Virus record (IMG/VR): IMGVR_UViG_3300028591_000110
Location: 1-64,000 of that record
Origin: a virus
Lineage: Duplodnaviria > Caudoviricetes
Direction: 5' to 3' (one strand)
Length of the DNA: 64,000 nucleotides
In this document: positions 17,623 through 27,238 of the stretch, piece after piece
Numbering within the stretch: position 1 is the first letter of the stretch
Layout of the letters: every line of letters starts with the position of its first letter
Notes under the pieces: model-generated
The model's input: the letters and a program-made list of their open reading frames with translations, nothing else
What the model was told of the DNA's origin: nothing
The model's database searches: none
Made by a program: the position numbers and the translations under genes

Positions 17623-17894
17623 GGAGGCGAAACAGAATCGATATACCAGACGCGCCCTGGATTAGAGAGACTGAGCAAACAGGGTATTGCAGCAGCGGGT
17701 GGTGGAACAACCCGCCAAAGGACGCCGCAGCAGACGAGGAGCAGAAGTATTGCCACGAGTGCGTGCACTTCGGATGGCGAGACATTCTGAACCATACCGG
17801 GATCTGCAGCAAAAGAAAAGAAGGCAGGTACGCTTACGATTTTGTATGCGACTGCTTTATCGAAGAATATCCAATGGAAAGGAGCAACACAGAA

Positions 17895-18107
17895 ATGAAA
17901 GAACTGACGCTTGAATATACGCTGGAGGTTACGGAGATCGTAAAGATCCCGGACGAAGAGGAGTTTTCTCCGCTGTTGTATGACAAGGAGGCTATGAAGA
18001 AGTTTATTCAAGAAAGCGTGAAAGCGCGGCTTGACGTGGACGACGTTCTTGTGAAGAAATACAAGATCTTCGAGACCGGTAACGGCGATGCAGCCTCAGA
18101 CGAATAA
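17895..18107 (+). CDS. Hypothetical protein
   Basis: GAAAGGAG RBS before ATG 17895. Confidence 0.6.
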   Translation: MKELTLEYTLEVTEIVKIPDEEEFSPLLYDKEAMKKFIQESVKARLDVDDVLVKKYKIFETGNGDAASDE

Positions 18108-18477
18108 AAGCAGCGAATCGCTGCAGGTCATTGCTATGCATGGGTTGTTGAGAAAGATGAAGGAAACACAAGAAACAGTGATTTGCGATCTGAAGGCAAA
18201 GATTGATGAGCTTGAAGCTGAGGTTAGCGTATATCGGTCTGAGCTTGCAGAGTACGAACAGATGGCGGCATCGTATGGCATCGACGCAAAAACGATGTGT
18301 ACACTTGCAAAGAGCCAGATCAAAACATGCGCCGAGAACATCCGCCTGCGGGAAGAGAACGAATTGTACCGGCATATCTTCAGGTGTGTTGGAGCGATTT
18401 TTTCACATCAAAGAGATTTCGAAAAGCTTTCCAGTCAATTGGAAGGCATTGCGGAAGAGAGGGCTTCGTGGTTGTAA
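18088..18477 (+). CDS. Coiled-coil hypothetical protein
   Basis: Heptad-rich ORF. Confidence 0.6.
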   Translation: MQPQTNKSSESLQVIAMHGLLRKMKETQETVICDLKAKIDELEAEVSVYRSELAEYEQMAASYGIDAKTMCTLAKSQIKTCAENIRLREENELYRHIFRCVGAIFSHQRDFEKLSSQLEGIAEERASWL

Positions 18478-19682
18478 AGGTTTGTGACATGATCATGGGC
18501 GGTGGCAAGACACAGGCCGCCGTCACACAAATGAATACAGACTCAGAAAGCAAGTACATTTTCATCACGCCTTATCTGAAAGAGGTTGAGCGCATCAAGG
18601 AGAGCTGCGCGGACAGGCATTTTCTGGAGCCGATGAATCACGGCGAAGGGAAGCTGGAAGATCTGCACGCTCTTCTGAGCGACGCCTGCAATATCGCAAG
18701 CACGCACGCCCTGTTTTGCGCATACACCGAAGAAACGCTGCGGCTAATTCGTGAGGGACATTACAAGCTGATTCTGGACGAGGAGCTGCAGGTGCAGAAG
18801 CAGATCCCGATCACCAAGAGCGACTGGGACATGCTTTTGAATGAGAAAATGATCGTCATCAACGAGGACGGAGCCGTGAAGTGGCTCGAAGGCGACTATG
18901 AGGGCGAGTTCTCGGCGCTGAAGGCGATGTGCGAGACCGGAAACGTGACTTGGTATGACAACTATCTGATGGTCTGGACGTATCCGGTAGAGGTTTTTGA
19001 GGCGTTTGAAGATGTGATCATCCTGACGTATATGTTCGACGGCCAGTTTCAGAAGTATTACTTCGATATGAACGGCGTGGAAGTCCAGAAGATTGGCACT
19101 GAATACGTTGACGGAGAATATCGTTTTACGGAGCGCGTTACGACGCCGGCGTATGTTCGCGGTCTGAGAGACAAAATTCATATTGTTCAGGATCGTAAGC
19201 TCAATGAAATTGGAGAGGCCGGCGGTGCGCTGTCTGTTTCGTGGTATGACCGCGCTCGCCGCTCTCCGAGCCAAAAGAACCTGAAACAACTGAAAAAGAA
19301 TCTTGCCAACGTCTTTAAGAACAAGTTTTCCTCCCCGACGGACAAAAACCTCTGGACGACCTTTAAGGATTACAAGGACATCTTAAAAGGGAAAGGCTAC
19401 ACAAAGGGGTTCCTTCCGTTCAACGTCCGCGCAACCAACGCATACAGAGACCGAAACTGTCTCGCATACTGCGTCAATGTGTTTTATAACCCGGTTATGA
19501 AGCATTACTTCGAAGAGCATGGCGTAGAAGTCAAGGAGGACGACTTCGCACTGAGCGAGATGATCCAGTGGATTTGGAGATCCGCGATCCGCTGCGGCGA
19601 AGAGATCTGGGTTTATATCCCAAGCAAGCGGATGCGGATGCTTCTGGAAGGCTGGCTGAATGAGATGGCGAGATTGAGGTGA
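18468..19682 (+). CDS. P-loop NTPase, DEAD/SF2-like helicase
   Basis: Walker A MGGGKT, Walker B LILDEE and QWIWRSAIR. GTG start at 18468 after GAGAGG. Confidence 0.75.
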   Translation: MVVKVCDMIMGGGKTQAAVTQMNTDSESKYIFITPYLKEVERIKESCADRHFLEPMNHGEGKLEDLHALLSDACNIASTHALFCAYTEETLRLIREGHYKLILDEELQVQKQIPITKSDWDMLLNEKMIVINEDGAVKWLEGDYEGEFSALKAMCETGNVTWYDNYLMVWTYPVEVFEAFEDVIILTYMFDGQFQKYYFDMNGVEVQKIGTEYVDGEYRFTERVTTPAYVRGLRDKIHIVQDRKLNEIGEAGGALSVSWYDRARRSPSQKNLKQLKKNLANVFKNKFSSPTDKNLWTTFKDYKDILKGKGYTKGFLPFNVRATNAYRDRNCLAYCVNVFYNPVMKHYFEEHGVEVKEDDFALSEMIQWIWRSAIRCGEEIWVYIPSKRMRMLLEGWLNEMARLR

Positions 19683-19686
19683 ACAA

Positions 19687-20049
19687 ATGGCGGGAGACTG
19701 CAAAGAAACTGCGTGGGATCATGTATCCGGTGATCAAAGCGCAATGTTCTTTTCTTCTGAGAAGAAATATATTAAACGGATCTATGATCTGATGGCGGAA
19801 TATCCGGATGACGTCGAGATGGTTGCTGAGAATCAAGACGGCAGTATTTGCGTTCGGATTCCAATTGAATGGCTGAGGATTCGGCCAAAGAAGAAAACAA
19901 ATTTAACACCCGAGCAAAAGGCTGCGGCTGCGGAACGCTTGGCGAAATACAGATTGCAGAATCAGGCAGACGGCCCGGAGTGTGAGAAGGGAGAGGAGCC
20001 ATGTGTTTCTGGCGAGGAGATTGTCTCTGGGCGGATCAATGCGGGATGA
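19687..20049 (+). CDS. Hypothetical phage protein (AENQDGS motif)
   Basis: GAGGTG RBS. Confidence 0.7.
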   Translation: MAGDCKETAWDHVSGDQSAMFFSSEKKYIKRIYDLMAEYPDDVEMVAENQDGSICVRIPIEWLRIRPKKKTNLTPEQKAAAAERLAKYRLQNQADGPECEKGEEPCVSGEEIVSGRINAG

Positions 20050-20195
20050 CAGATCCTGATGTGTGCGACGATTACACGCCGGTTGATTTGTCAGAAAAAG
20101 ACGAGCGTTTTTATGACGAAACATTGAAAGAAAACCAGGAAGAATATCTGGAAATGATAAAAGACTACTCGGATGGTAGAGATTATGAATCGTGA
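20001..20195 (+). CDS. Small acidic Cys protein
   Basis: GAGGAG RBS. Confidence 0.55.
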   Translation: MCFWRGDCLWADQCGMTDPDVCDDYTPVDLSEKDERFYDETLKENQEEYLEMIKDYSDGRDYES

Positions 20196-20550
20196 AGAAA
20201 GAAGAAAAAACGCAAAGAAAGAAGCAGCGCTGAAAAAGCTATATGCCAATCTTTGGAAAAATCTGCGGGAGATGAATCTGGAGGAACTTGTAAAGGCGGC
20301 TGCGGAAGACGACGCGCTGAAGGACGGAGACCGCGTGAAGCTGGATCTGCAGCGGATTCAGGGCAGACAGGACTATCGGCGCATGCAGCGCGAGTATAAA
20401 ATCTTTGTTGAGACGCACAAGGACGATATTTTTACGGTGAAGCTGCTTCAGAATGAGCGTTATCCGGCGATCGTGACATTCTATGAGGATGACACTTGGC
20501 ATTTTTGGAGCGGCGATCTGAAAAGGATGCGGACGGAGGGATCGGAATAA
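20185..20550 (+). CDS. Hypothetical protein (MNREERR start)
   Basis: ORF track, operon context. Confidence 0.7.
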   Translation: MNREERRKNAKKEAALKKLYANLWKNLREMNLEELVKAAAEDDALKDGDRVKLDLQRIQGRQDYRRMQREYKIFVETHKDDIFTVKLLQNERYPAIVTFYEDDTWHFWSGDLKRMRTEGSE

Positions 20551-23339
20551 CGAATCGGTCAGTATGCATTGTGTCGGCGGACGCGAAGGATTTGTATTTG
20601 GCCTGCTATTCCGCGCCTTCCAGCACGGAATACAGCGTTCTATATCGCAAGGGTCAGAACGCCGGCGAGATCAACACAAGACGGTTTATCAACACACTGG
20701 ATTACAGTCTTGATCTGATCAAGCTGAGAGAAGTCTATGAAAAGGTGTACCGGCGTCTTGATTTCTCCTTTGAAAAGAGAGGCAGAGAGTATTGCAAAAG
20801 TGTCATCAATGTCACTTTCAAGTACAGTGTCAAGGAATACAACCTGTTTCACGACAAGACGTATGTCAAGCTCGGCTATGTGCCGGCGGATGTGGAGCTG
20901 CACGATAATATCTGCGTGAAAAACGGAGAACTGATTGCGATCCGCGTGGAGAATCCGGTCGAGGCTCCCGTTTCTGCGGATATTCTCGGGAAATACTTTA
21001 CATTTGACGATGGCGAATACCGTCTGAACAAGGCGCTGAAGGTTGTACATACCGTAGCAGATCTGAGAAGGATGCTGTATCAGAACGGATTTGTGTGCGA
21101 CGGCGTGCGATATCGACGCTTCAAGCGTTCCAGCGGCAGCAGCCGCGTCGGAAAGTGTCTCTTTATCGATGATCGCCTGTATGACCGGATGCATAAATGG
21201 GAAATGTGCGGGCTGAAAGTAAAGGAAGGGCAGGAAGTGGATCTTGCTGCCCTGGAAGCCTATATTGCTCTGACGCTGAGCAGCATTATCGGGACGATTC
21301 CGCTTCGGCCTGAAAACTTCCTTGTGATCGACGACTTCGAAAGTGTATTTCAGGATCGTGCGGTTGTATCTCGCATCGGAGACGACGGCTGGCTGGAGTC
21401 CAAGCCGGAGGATGTAGAGGTGAAAAACAGTATTTGGGACGGTCAGTCTCTGATCGACAAGTCTGCGATGGGAGAGTATCAGGATTTCGGTATGATCCTG
21501 CTGCGCAACCGCTTCTTCAAGTCTGCCTGCTTCAACACCAACATTCAGCAGTTTTTCGCGGATCACGGTATCACGGACATTTCGCAGCTCAACGGGTTCA
21601 CGCTCGCGGAAAAGCTGGAAGACGTTCTGATCATCACGACGCCGAGCAGCATCAAGTACCAGAAATTCGGCAGTCTTGAAACGTGGCTGCGGATGCTGGA
21701 TGAAGACGGCGAGTTCGGTATTGTGAAGCACGAGAAGAAAACACACTTTTTCGATGGCCGCATGGTCATGACGCATTATCAGTTGCTGAATACGCTGCAG
21801 ATGACGCAGGAAGAGGTAGACGAGTTCGTGAAGCCTTCACTGGATTATCTGCGCATGATTCACACAGATCCGGCTGTTTTAAGGTATCATATCAAGTTCT
21901 CCGGCTATGGTGAGCCGATCAACCCGGCGCAGTCCGCAAACGAGGTTGTATATCAAATGCTCGGGATCACGGACAAGTTCTTCTACACGAAGCTGTGCGA
22001 CGATTTCAAGCATGATGTGGTCAAGTCCTTCAAGAAGGCGCTGAGCCACGGGCATATCCTCGTAAACGGAAACTATTCAACCTTGCTTGGCAACCCGATT
22101 GAGATGCTGTATGCGTCTATCGGGGAGTTTGACGGAGAAAGTCAGATCGGCGTTGGGAATATCTACTGCAAGCGTTTCCCGTTCGGGCAGCGGCTGCTTG
22201 GATCAAGGTCGCCCCACGTCACTGCGGGCAACATTCTATTAACGAATAATGAAGACAACGCGGAGATCTCGAAGTACCTCAATCTCACAAATGAGATTGT
22301 TTGTATCAACAGCATCGGGGAAAACATTCTGATGCGTTTGTCGGGTGCAGATTTTGATTCGGACACGATGCTGCTGACAGACCACCCGTTGTTGATTATG
22401 GCGGCGGAGCGCAACTATCACCGTTTTCTGGTTCCAACCAGCATGGTTGAGGCAAAGAAGGTTGTCAGACATTATACGCGAGATGAGCAGTCTGATCTGG
22501 ATATCAAAACTTCGGTCAACAAGATCGGCGAGATCGTGAATCTGAGTCAGGAACTGAACACGATGATGTGGGATCGCATGAACAATGGCGAGCAGTTTGA
22601 AGATGTGGAGGAGCTTTATTGCGACATCGCGAAGCTGGATGTGCTCAGCGGCATTGAAATTGACAAGGCCAAGAAGGAGTTTGCGGTCAACAGCGTCGGA
22701 GAAATCAAGAGACTAAAGAAAAAATACAGCGCACTGGATGAGACCGGGCGACAAGTGAAACCGAATTTCTTTGGAAAGATCGCCAGAGGGAAGGGGTATT
22801 ACGACAGTAAGCGCAAAAACTATCAATTTCACGACACGACGATGGATTATTTGCAGCACACGCTGAATGCCTATCGCGCCGGCAAGGCCAAAGATGGCGT
22901 CATTCCGTTCTCGGATCTTCTCATTTCTTCGGATGATGTAAGCGCACACCGGGTTTGGCTGCCGCAGGTCAGCAGAATCATCGGATTGGTTCGCAACATG
23001 AGATCGCAAATTCAGGCGGTATGGAACAATACGGATGACGGTCTTGACAATGAGACGAAGACTGTTATCACAGCGGAGATCCGTGAGAACTGCTACAGTT
23101 ATATCAAGTCCATTCAGATCAGCAAGTCCACGGCATACCGTCTGTTGCTTGAGATTGAGGCGGCTGAAAACAAGGATATCGGAAGAAGTCTGTTCTACAC
23201 GCTGTTCTCGCTGCCGAACGAAAGTTTCTTGCGATTGATTGAGGCGCAAAGAGAGGATATCCCTGTCATTGAGGAAGTGCATGGTGATGATTATGACCTG
23301 CAGATTTACTCGTTCAAGTTCAGCAAAATTGCATCATAA
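20547..23339 (+). CDS. YonO-like single-subunit DNA-dependent RNA polymerase (eukaryotic RdRP-related double-psi fold)
   Basis: RSSGSSRVGK, WDGQSL, RSPH and catalytic GADFDSD. About 930 aa. Start uncertain (ATA 20547 after GGAGG, or TTG 20496). Confidence 0.85.
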   Translation: MTNRSVCIVSADAKDLYLACYSAPSSTEYSVLYRKGQNAGEINTRRFINTLDYSLDLIKLREVYEKVYRRLDFSFEKRGREYCKSVINVTFKYSVKEYNLFHDKTYVKLGYVPADVELHDNICVKNGELIAIRVENPVEAPVSADILGKYFTFDDGEYRLNKALKVVHTVADLRRMLYQNGFVCDGVRYRRFKRSSGSSRVGKCLFIDDRLYDRMHKWEMCGLKVKEGQEVDLAALEAYIALTLSSIIGTIPLRPENFLVIDDFESVFQDRAVVSRIGDDGWLESKPEDVEVKNSIWDGQSLIDKSAMGEYQDFGMILLRNRFFKSACFNTNIQQFFADHGITDISQLNGFTLAEKLEDVLIITTPSSIKYQKFGSLETWLRMLDEDGEFGIVKHEKKTHFFDGRMVMTHYQLLNTLQMTQEEVDEFVKPSLDYLRMIHTDPAVLRYHIKFSGYGEPINPAQSANEVVYQMLGITDKFFYTKLCDDFKHDVVKSFKKALSHGHILVNGNYSTLLGNPIEMLYASIGEFDGESQIGVGNIYCKRFPFGQRLLGSRSPHVTAGNILLTNNEDNAEISKYLNLTNEIVCINSIGENILMRLSGADFDSDTMLLTDHPLLIMAAERNYHRFLVPTSMVEAKKVVRHYTRDEQSDLDIKTSVNKIGEIVNLSQELNTMMWDRMNNGEQFEDVEELYCDIAKLDVLSGIEIDKAKKEFAVNSVGEIKRLKKKYSALDETGRQVKPNFFGKIARGKGYYDSKRKNYQFHDTTMDYLQHTLNAYRAGKAKDGVIPFSDLLISSDDVSAHRVWLPQVSRIIGLVRNMRSQIQAVWNNTDDGLDNETKTVITAEIRENCYSYIKSIQISKSTAYRLLLEIEAAENKDIGRSLFYTLFSLPNESFLRLIEAQREDIPVIEEVHGDDYDLQIYSFKFSKIAS

Positions 23340-23502
23340 TTATACTTCAAATTGTGCAAAATATACAATTTTCAATCAAAATCCTCGACGGAATTTTGCG
23401 GCATGGCCGATGATTAACGGGCGAGCCAGCGGATGAAAATTTGGTGATAAGGGTAGAACGAATCATTCTACCCGAAATTCATAAAAAAGGATGATGTAAT
23501 TA

Positions 23503-23736
23503 GTGATCCAAATCACCAAAGAAGAGAAGCAAAAGCTGGAGTTGCTGTACCCGAACTATCAGTATCCGAGAACGATGAAGCAGGACTCCAAGAGACACCA
23601 CTATTACTGCACGGAGTCTGAGGAGCTGATGCGTGCAATCGCGGATACGAACGACCGTGCCGCAGAGTGCGTGAAGGAGTTTGACCGGCAGCATGCGCTT
23701 CGTGCCGCGAGAAAGAAGAATCGCGGAGGTAAGTGA
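23503..23736 (+). CDS. Hypothetical protein
   Basis: AAAGGA RBS. Confidence 0.65.
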   Translation: MIQITKEEKQKLELLYPNYQYPRTMKQDSKRHHYYCTESEELMRAIADTNDRAAECVKEFDRQHALRAARKKNRGGK

Positions 23737-23737
23737 A

Positions 23738-23938
23738 ATGGCGAAGCAGAATTATGCGGAGGTTTTCTTCAATGCCAAGATTGATCTCTCTGATATGACG
23801 ATTACGGAGATATACGATGATGCTATTCTCGTGCATTCATTGACTGATTTGCTGAACCGGTGGAGCGGCGCCGATGGTGTGACGCTGGCGCTCTCGCGTG
23901 AGACAACGATTCAAGGGAAACGGGGTGATGCGACATGA
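23738..23938 (+). CDS. YonK-like small protein
   Basis: GGAGGT RBS. Size, sequence pattern and position before the phosphoesterase match SPbeta synteny. Confidence 0.55.
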   Translation: MAKQNYAEVFFNAKIDLSDMTITEIYDDAILVHSLTDLLNRWSGADGVTLALSRETTIQGKRGDAT

Positions 23939-25161
23939 ACCCCAAGTACGCCAGAAAAGAGGGAGAAGAACTCTATGAATACGGTCTTCGCCTGATTGAG
24001 ATCAAGGTGGAACAAAAGCCTGAAGATCTGGATTGGGAAGATATCGTGGAGGCTGCCGGACTGGACTGCCACAGAGACAGTCTGCGGAAGGCCGCTGCGG
24101 TGACGCCATACAGCGGATATGCAGTGGCGCAGTATTTCAAGCGGAAGCTCGCCTCACAGTATGCGGAGCGTCCGGATGAGTATCTGGACGAGGTTGACGT
24201 GAAGCTGGCCGAGCTTCGCAAGGAGAGCAAGAAGTTCTTTGATCAGCGGCGCGAGTTTAACAAGCTGCTGGATCAGCTCGGCAGGGAAGAGCATCTGGAA
24301 GATCGTCTTGTGGACGCGGCGATGGCTCTGAACGAGCTTCGACCACTGGAGGCTGACAAGGATATCGCTTTCTACCACAAGAACTGCGAGGCCGTGATTG
24401 TGTTTGCGGACTGGCACTATGGCATGAAGACAGACAACATCTGGCAGCACTATGACACAGAGGTGTGCCGGGAGCGCGTCGATCAACTGATTACGGAGTC
24501 GATCAAAAGAATCCGGCTGCATCATTGCGAAAAGCTGCATATTCTTCTGCTCGGCGATATGGCCCACGGCGCCATCCATGTAAGTGCCAGAGTGGCATCA
24601 GACGAGCTTGTTTGCAATCAGCTTATGCAGGTTTCTGAGATCATTGCAGAGGCAATCAGTACACTTGCAGACGTGGTGGAAGAAACCTATGTACATGCGA
24701 CATACGGGAATCATTTGCGGACGGTTCAAAATAAACAGGACAGTATTCACGCCGACAACATGGAGCGTCTGATCCCGTGGTGGCTGCAGCAGCGCCTTTC
24801 CGGAAGAGACGACGTGTTTTTCCCGGAAGCGGAATACTATGAGTTCCTTTACTTTGATGTATGCGGTCATCATATCTGCGCGACGCACGGCGATCTGGAC
24901 GGCCTGAAAGCCGCCGGCAAGACGCTGAACACGCTGTTTATGAAGAAATACGGAACCGGGATCGATTATGTGATTCTGGCCGACAAGCACCACAAGGAAG
25001 AGTTTGAGGAGCTTGGGATCGAGAGCATGATTGTCCGCAGTCTTTGCGGCACGGATGATTTCGCAAACGGAAAGCGGCTTTATTCCATGCCGGGTCAGCT
25101 CATGATGATTTTCAACCAGGAAGATGGCTGCGACGCATGCTATCAAATCAAATTTAAGTAA
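23935..25161 (+). CDS. Metallophosphoesterase with N-terminal coiled coil (SPbeta YonJ-like)
   Basis: ADWHYG, LGDM, GNH, THGD and ADKHH. Confidence 0.8.
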   Translation: MNPKYARKEGEELYEYGLRLIEIKVEQKPEDLDWEDIVEAAGLDCHRDSLRKAAAVTPYSGYAVAQYFKRKLASQYAERPDEYLDEVDVKLAELRKESKKFFDQRREFNKLLDQLGREEHLEDRLVDAAMALNELRPLEADKDIAFYHKNCEAVIVFADWHYGMKTDNIWQHYDTEVCRERVDQLITESIKRIRLHHCEKLHILLLGDMAHGAIHVSARVASDELVCNQLMQVSEIIAEAISTLADVVEETYVHATYGNHLRTVQNKQDSIHADNMERLIPWWLQQRLSGRDDVFFPEAEYYEFLYFDVCGHHICATHGDLDGLKAAGKTLNTLFMKKYGTGIDYVILADKHHKEEFEELGIESMIVRSLCGTDDFANGKRLYSMPGQLMMIFNQEDGCDACYQIKFK

Positions 25162-25172
25162 GGTTGTGTAGA

Positions 25173-25490
25173 ATGGTAAAAAAGAAAAGCGATCTCATTG
25201 ACGAGCTCGCAAGAATGGGATATGTGAAGAGTCAGGCCAAAGAGGTTGTCAACGACATCCTGATTGTGCTTTCCAAATGGATGGCGGCACATTACAGCGT
25301 TTCGCTGCACGGCTTCGGCGGATGGAGCGTACAGATGCACAAGGGGCATCCGATCCAGAACGCCAACACAAAGGAAATTGAGGTAATCCCGGATTATCCC
25401 GTGATCAAATTCACGCCGGGGAACAATCTGAAAGATGCGGTCAAGAGCGGAGACGCAAAGAAGATGACGGTTCTGCTGCAAGGGGACTAA
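25173..25490 (+). CDS. HU/IHF-family DNA-binding protein
   Basis: KKSDLI...VSLHGFG.W...NANTKEIEVIP...IKFTPG..LKDAV. Confidence 0.88.
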   Translation: MVKKKSDLIDELARMGYVKSQAKEVVNDILIVLSKWMAAHYSVSLHGFGGWSVQMHKGHPIQNANTKEIEVIPDYPVIKFTPGNNLKDAVKSGDAKKMTVLLQGD

Positions 25491-25508
25491 AAAAAATAAA
25501 ATATTCTC

Positions 25509-25537
25509 TTGACAAACCGGAATCTGTCTGATACAAT
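25509..25537 (+). promoter_or_regulatory. Sigma-A promoter of the tRNA cluster
   Basis: TTGACA-17 bp-TACAAT with extended TG. Confidence 0.85.
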
Positions 25538-25562
25538 GCATATAGCAAAACACAAAAGACGA

Positions 25563-25638
25563 GCCGGCGTAGCTCAGATGGCAGAGCAGGGCATTTGTAA
25601 TGCTCAGGCCGGGGGTTCGAGTCCGTCCGCCGGCTCCA
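25563..25638 (+). tRNA. tRNA-Thr(UGU)
   Basis: Cloverleaf, loop TT-TGT-AA, GTTCGA, CCA. Confidence 0.92.
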
Positions 25639-25639
25639 T

Positions 25640-25713
25640 GCTGGCGTAGCACAAAGGTAATGCGGCGGTTTCGTAAGCCGTTGATGGCGGTTCGATTCCG
25701 CCCGCCAGCTCCA
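25640..25713 (+). tRNA. tRNA-Thr(CGU)
   Basis: Loop TT-CGT-AA, CCA. Confidence 0.9.
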
Positions 25714-25777
25714 AAAGCGCAAACAGCAACCGTTGTGAATGTTTGGCGCCATTTTTGCCAAGTTTTCATTGCGCTTT
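25714..25777 (+). ncRNA. Stem-ACAGCAA element A (hairpin cargo)
   Basis: AAAGCGC-AA-ACAGCAA...GCGCTTT. Confidence 0.65.
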
Positions 25778-25809
25778 GATTTTTTTATTCATAGCAAGCC
25801 ATAAAAGAC

Positions 25810-25885
25810 GGGGCTGTAGCTCAGTTGGGAGAGCATCTGCTTTGCAAGCAGGGGGTCTGGGGTTCGAGTCCCCATAGCTCCACCA
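25810..25885 (+). tRNA. tRNA-Ala(UGC)
   Basis: Loop TT-TGC-AA, G3-U70, CCA. Confidence 0.93.
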
Positions 25886-25891
25886 TTCTTC

Positions 25892-25967
25892 GGGCGTGTA
25901 GCTCAGATGGAAGAGCAGCAGACCTTTAATCTGTTGGTCGCGGGTTCAAGTCCCTCCACGCCCACCA
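25892..25967 (+). tRNA. tRNA-Lys(UUU) with C33
   Basis: GCAGA-CCTTTAA-TCTGT, CCA. Confidence 0.88.
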
Positions 25968-25972
25968 AGCGA

Positions 25973-26048
25973 CTGGGCGTAACTCAGATGGAAGAGTGCG
26001 AGATTTGGGATCTCGAAGCCGCGAGTTCGAGTCTCGCCGCTCAGACCA
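25973..26048 (+). tRNA. tRNA-Pro(UGG)
   Basis: Loop TT-TGG-GA, CCA. Confidence 0.9.
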
Positions 26049-26065
26049 AATAATTACAGAAGGGT

Positions 26066-26275
26066 GTGAATGTGTTGAACGACAAGTCCAGCAAAGCATC
26101 GTCAAGCTCAGGGATCGGATTTTGCGGTCTTCTGACGATTGCGTTTATCGTGCTGAAATTGCTCCATGTGATCGAATGGTCATGGGTGTGGGTTTTGGCG
26201 CCGATGTGGATTGGCCTTTTGATCGGGATGATTATTCTTGCGGTCGTCGTGGTCATTGCGCTGAAAGTCGATTAG
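26066..26275 (+). CDS. Small two-TM membrane protein (GIGF.GLLTI.FIVLKL..VI.WSW.WVLAP family)
   Basis: Recurrent phage membrane-protein pattern. Exact start uncertain. Confidence 0.75.
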   Translation: MNVLNDKSSKASSSSGIGFCGLLTIAFIVLKLLHVIEWSWVWVLAPMWIGLLIGMIILAVVVVIALKVD

Positions 26276-26294
26276 GGAGTGTCCTGGAGGATTC

Positions 26295-26474
26295 ATGAGT
26301 ATGAAACAGACAGATGTTCAGGAATGCACCGTGCGATGTGCGGAGTGTTCAAATCATGACATGACATTCACGTTCTCTGACGGGTATGAAGTAACGTGCG
26401 GATATCTGCTGCGGCATGGTAAAGCCAGAGGATGCCCTGCTGGTGATGAATGCAAGAGGTTTGAAGAAGGATAA
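26295..26474 (+). CDS. 59-aa Cys-rich protein
   Basis: GGAGG RBS and CAEC...CGY...GCPAGDEC. Below the ORF-track cutoff. Confidence 0.55.
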   Translation: MSMKQTDVQECTVRCAECSNHDMTFTFSDGYEVTCGYLLRHGKARGCPAGDECKRFEEG

Positions 26475-26574
26475 GCGAATTGAGTAGTGAGTAAAGATCC
26501 TCACAAAGCGTGCCGCAATGTACACCCATTCATAACAGAGACCGTACAACTCTTTGGATGGTGCGGCAGGGACT

Positions 26575-26651
26575 AGACGTATGGTGTAGCGGGAGCAAGC
26601 CCGATGGAGTGCCACGGGAGGGTGTAAGTTCGATTCTTACATGCGTTGACC
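26575..26651 (+). ncRNA. tRNA-like RNA with aberrant anticodon arm
   Basis: T-arm GTAAG-TTCGATT-CTTAC and acceptor GACGTA/TGCGTT. The CCCG/CGGG stem closes an 11-nt loop. Confidence 0.55.
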
Positions 26652-26850
26652 GAAAAGAAAATCTCTTAAAAGCGTGATGTGTGAAGTAACTGAGAAACGG
26701 CTTCGATGACTGAAGATTAAAAATGCCACTTGGTTGGGTTGCGCAGCCCGGTCAAGGCTCAGTTCCCATAGGTGTGAGACCTGTGGCTCAATTCCAAAAA
26801 GATCTGATCGTAGGACGCGATCATGATAATCAAAAGAATGTTCAAAGATC

Positions 26851-26905
26851 AGACGCGAACAGCAACTTTATGATGCAGGATATAGGATTTGCGTTTTTAG
26901 CGTCT
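26851..26905 (+). ncRNA. Stem-ACAGCAA element B (hairpin cargo)
   Basis: AGACGC-GA-ACAGCAA...GCGTCT. Confidence 0.65.
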
Positions 26906-26918
26906 AGCATTACACAAA

Positions 26919-27087
26919 AAGGCACGCACAGCAATCTTTTTAAAAAGAAGATATGTTTTGAACAATGAACGAACGAGATCAGGATCTGATCTGAGATGAC
27001 GGTGCCTGCACCGGAGCCTTTTATTCGATTCCGCGCGTAGCCCCGATTTGGCCGCGTGACGGTATCGCAACTTTCCTTTTGTGCCTT
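26919..27087 (+). ncRNA. Stem-ACAGCAA element C (about 145-nt multi-hairpin cargo)
   Basis: AAGGCAC-GC-ACAGCAA...GTGCCTT. Confidence 0.6.
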
Positions 27088-27095
27088 GATAATAA

Positions 27096-27171
27096 TGGTG
27101 GGTAGCTCAGTCGGTAGAGCCCCGGCCTGTTAAGTCGGTTGTCGTGGGTTCGAGTCCCACCCCATCAGCCA
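27096..27171 (+). tRNA. tRNA-Asn(GUU)
   Basis: Loop CT-GTT-AA, GCCA end. Confidence 0.92.
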
Positions 27172-27238
27172 AACCACATTTTAAGCGAAAAAGCTCGGCG
27201 GGCAGCTTCCAAACATGGTTTTACAACCGCCACGATAT

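Noticed and set aside
20547-23339. True RNA-dependent RNA polymerase or RNAi-like system
   Set aside because: The characterised phage member of this family (SPbeta YonO) is DNA-dependent, and the synteny matches it.
27197-27231. Seventh handle element (GGCGG-GCAGCTT...CCGCC)
   Set aside because: It lacks CAGCAA, the 2-nt spacer and the invariant C-G pattern.
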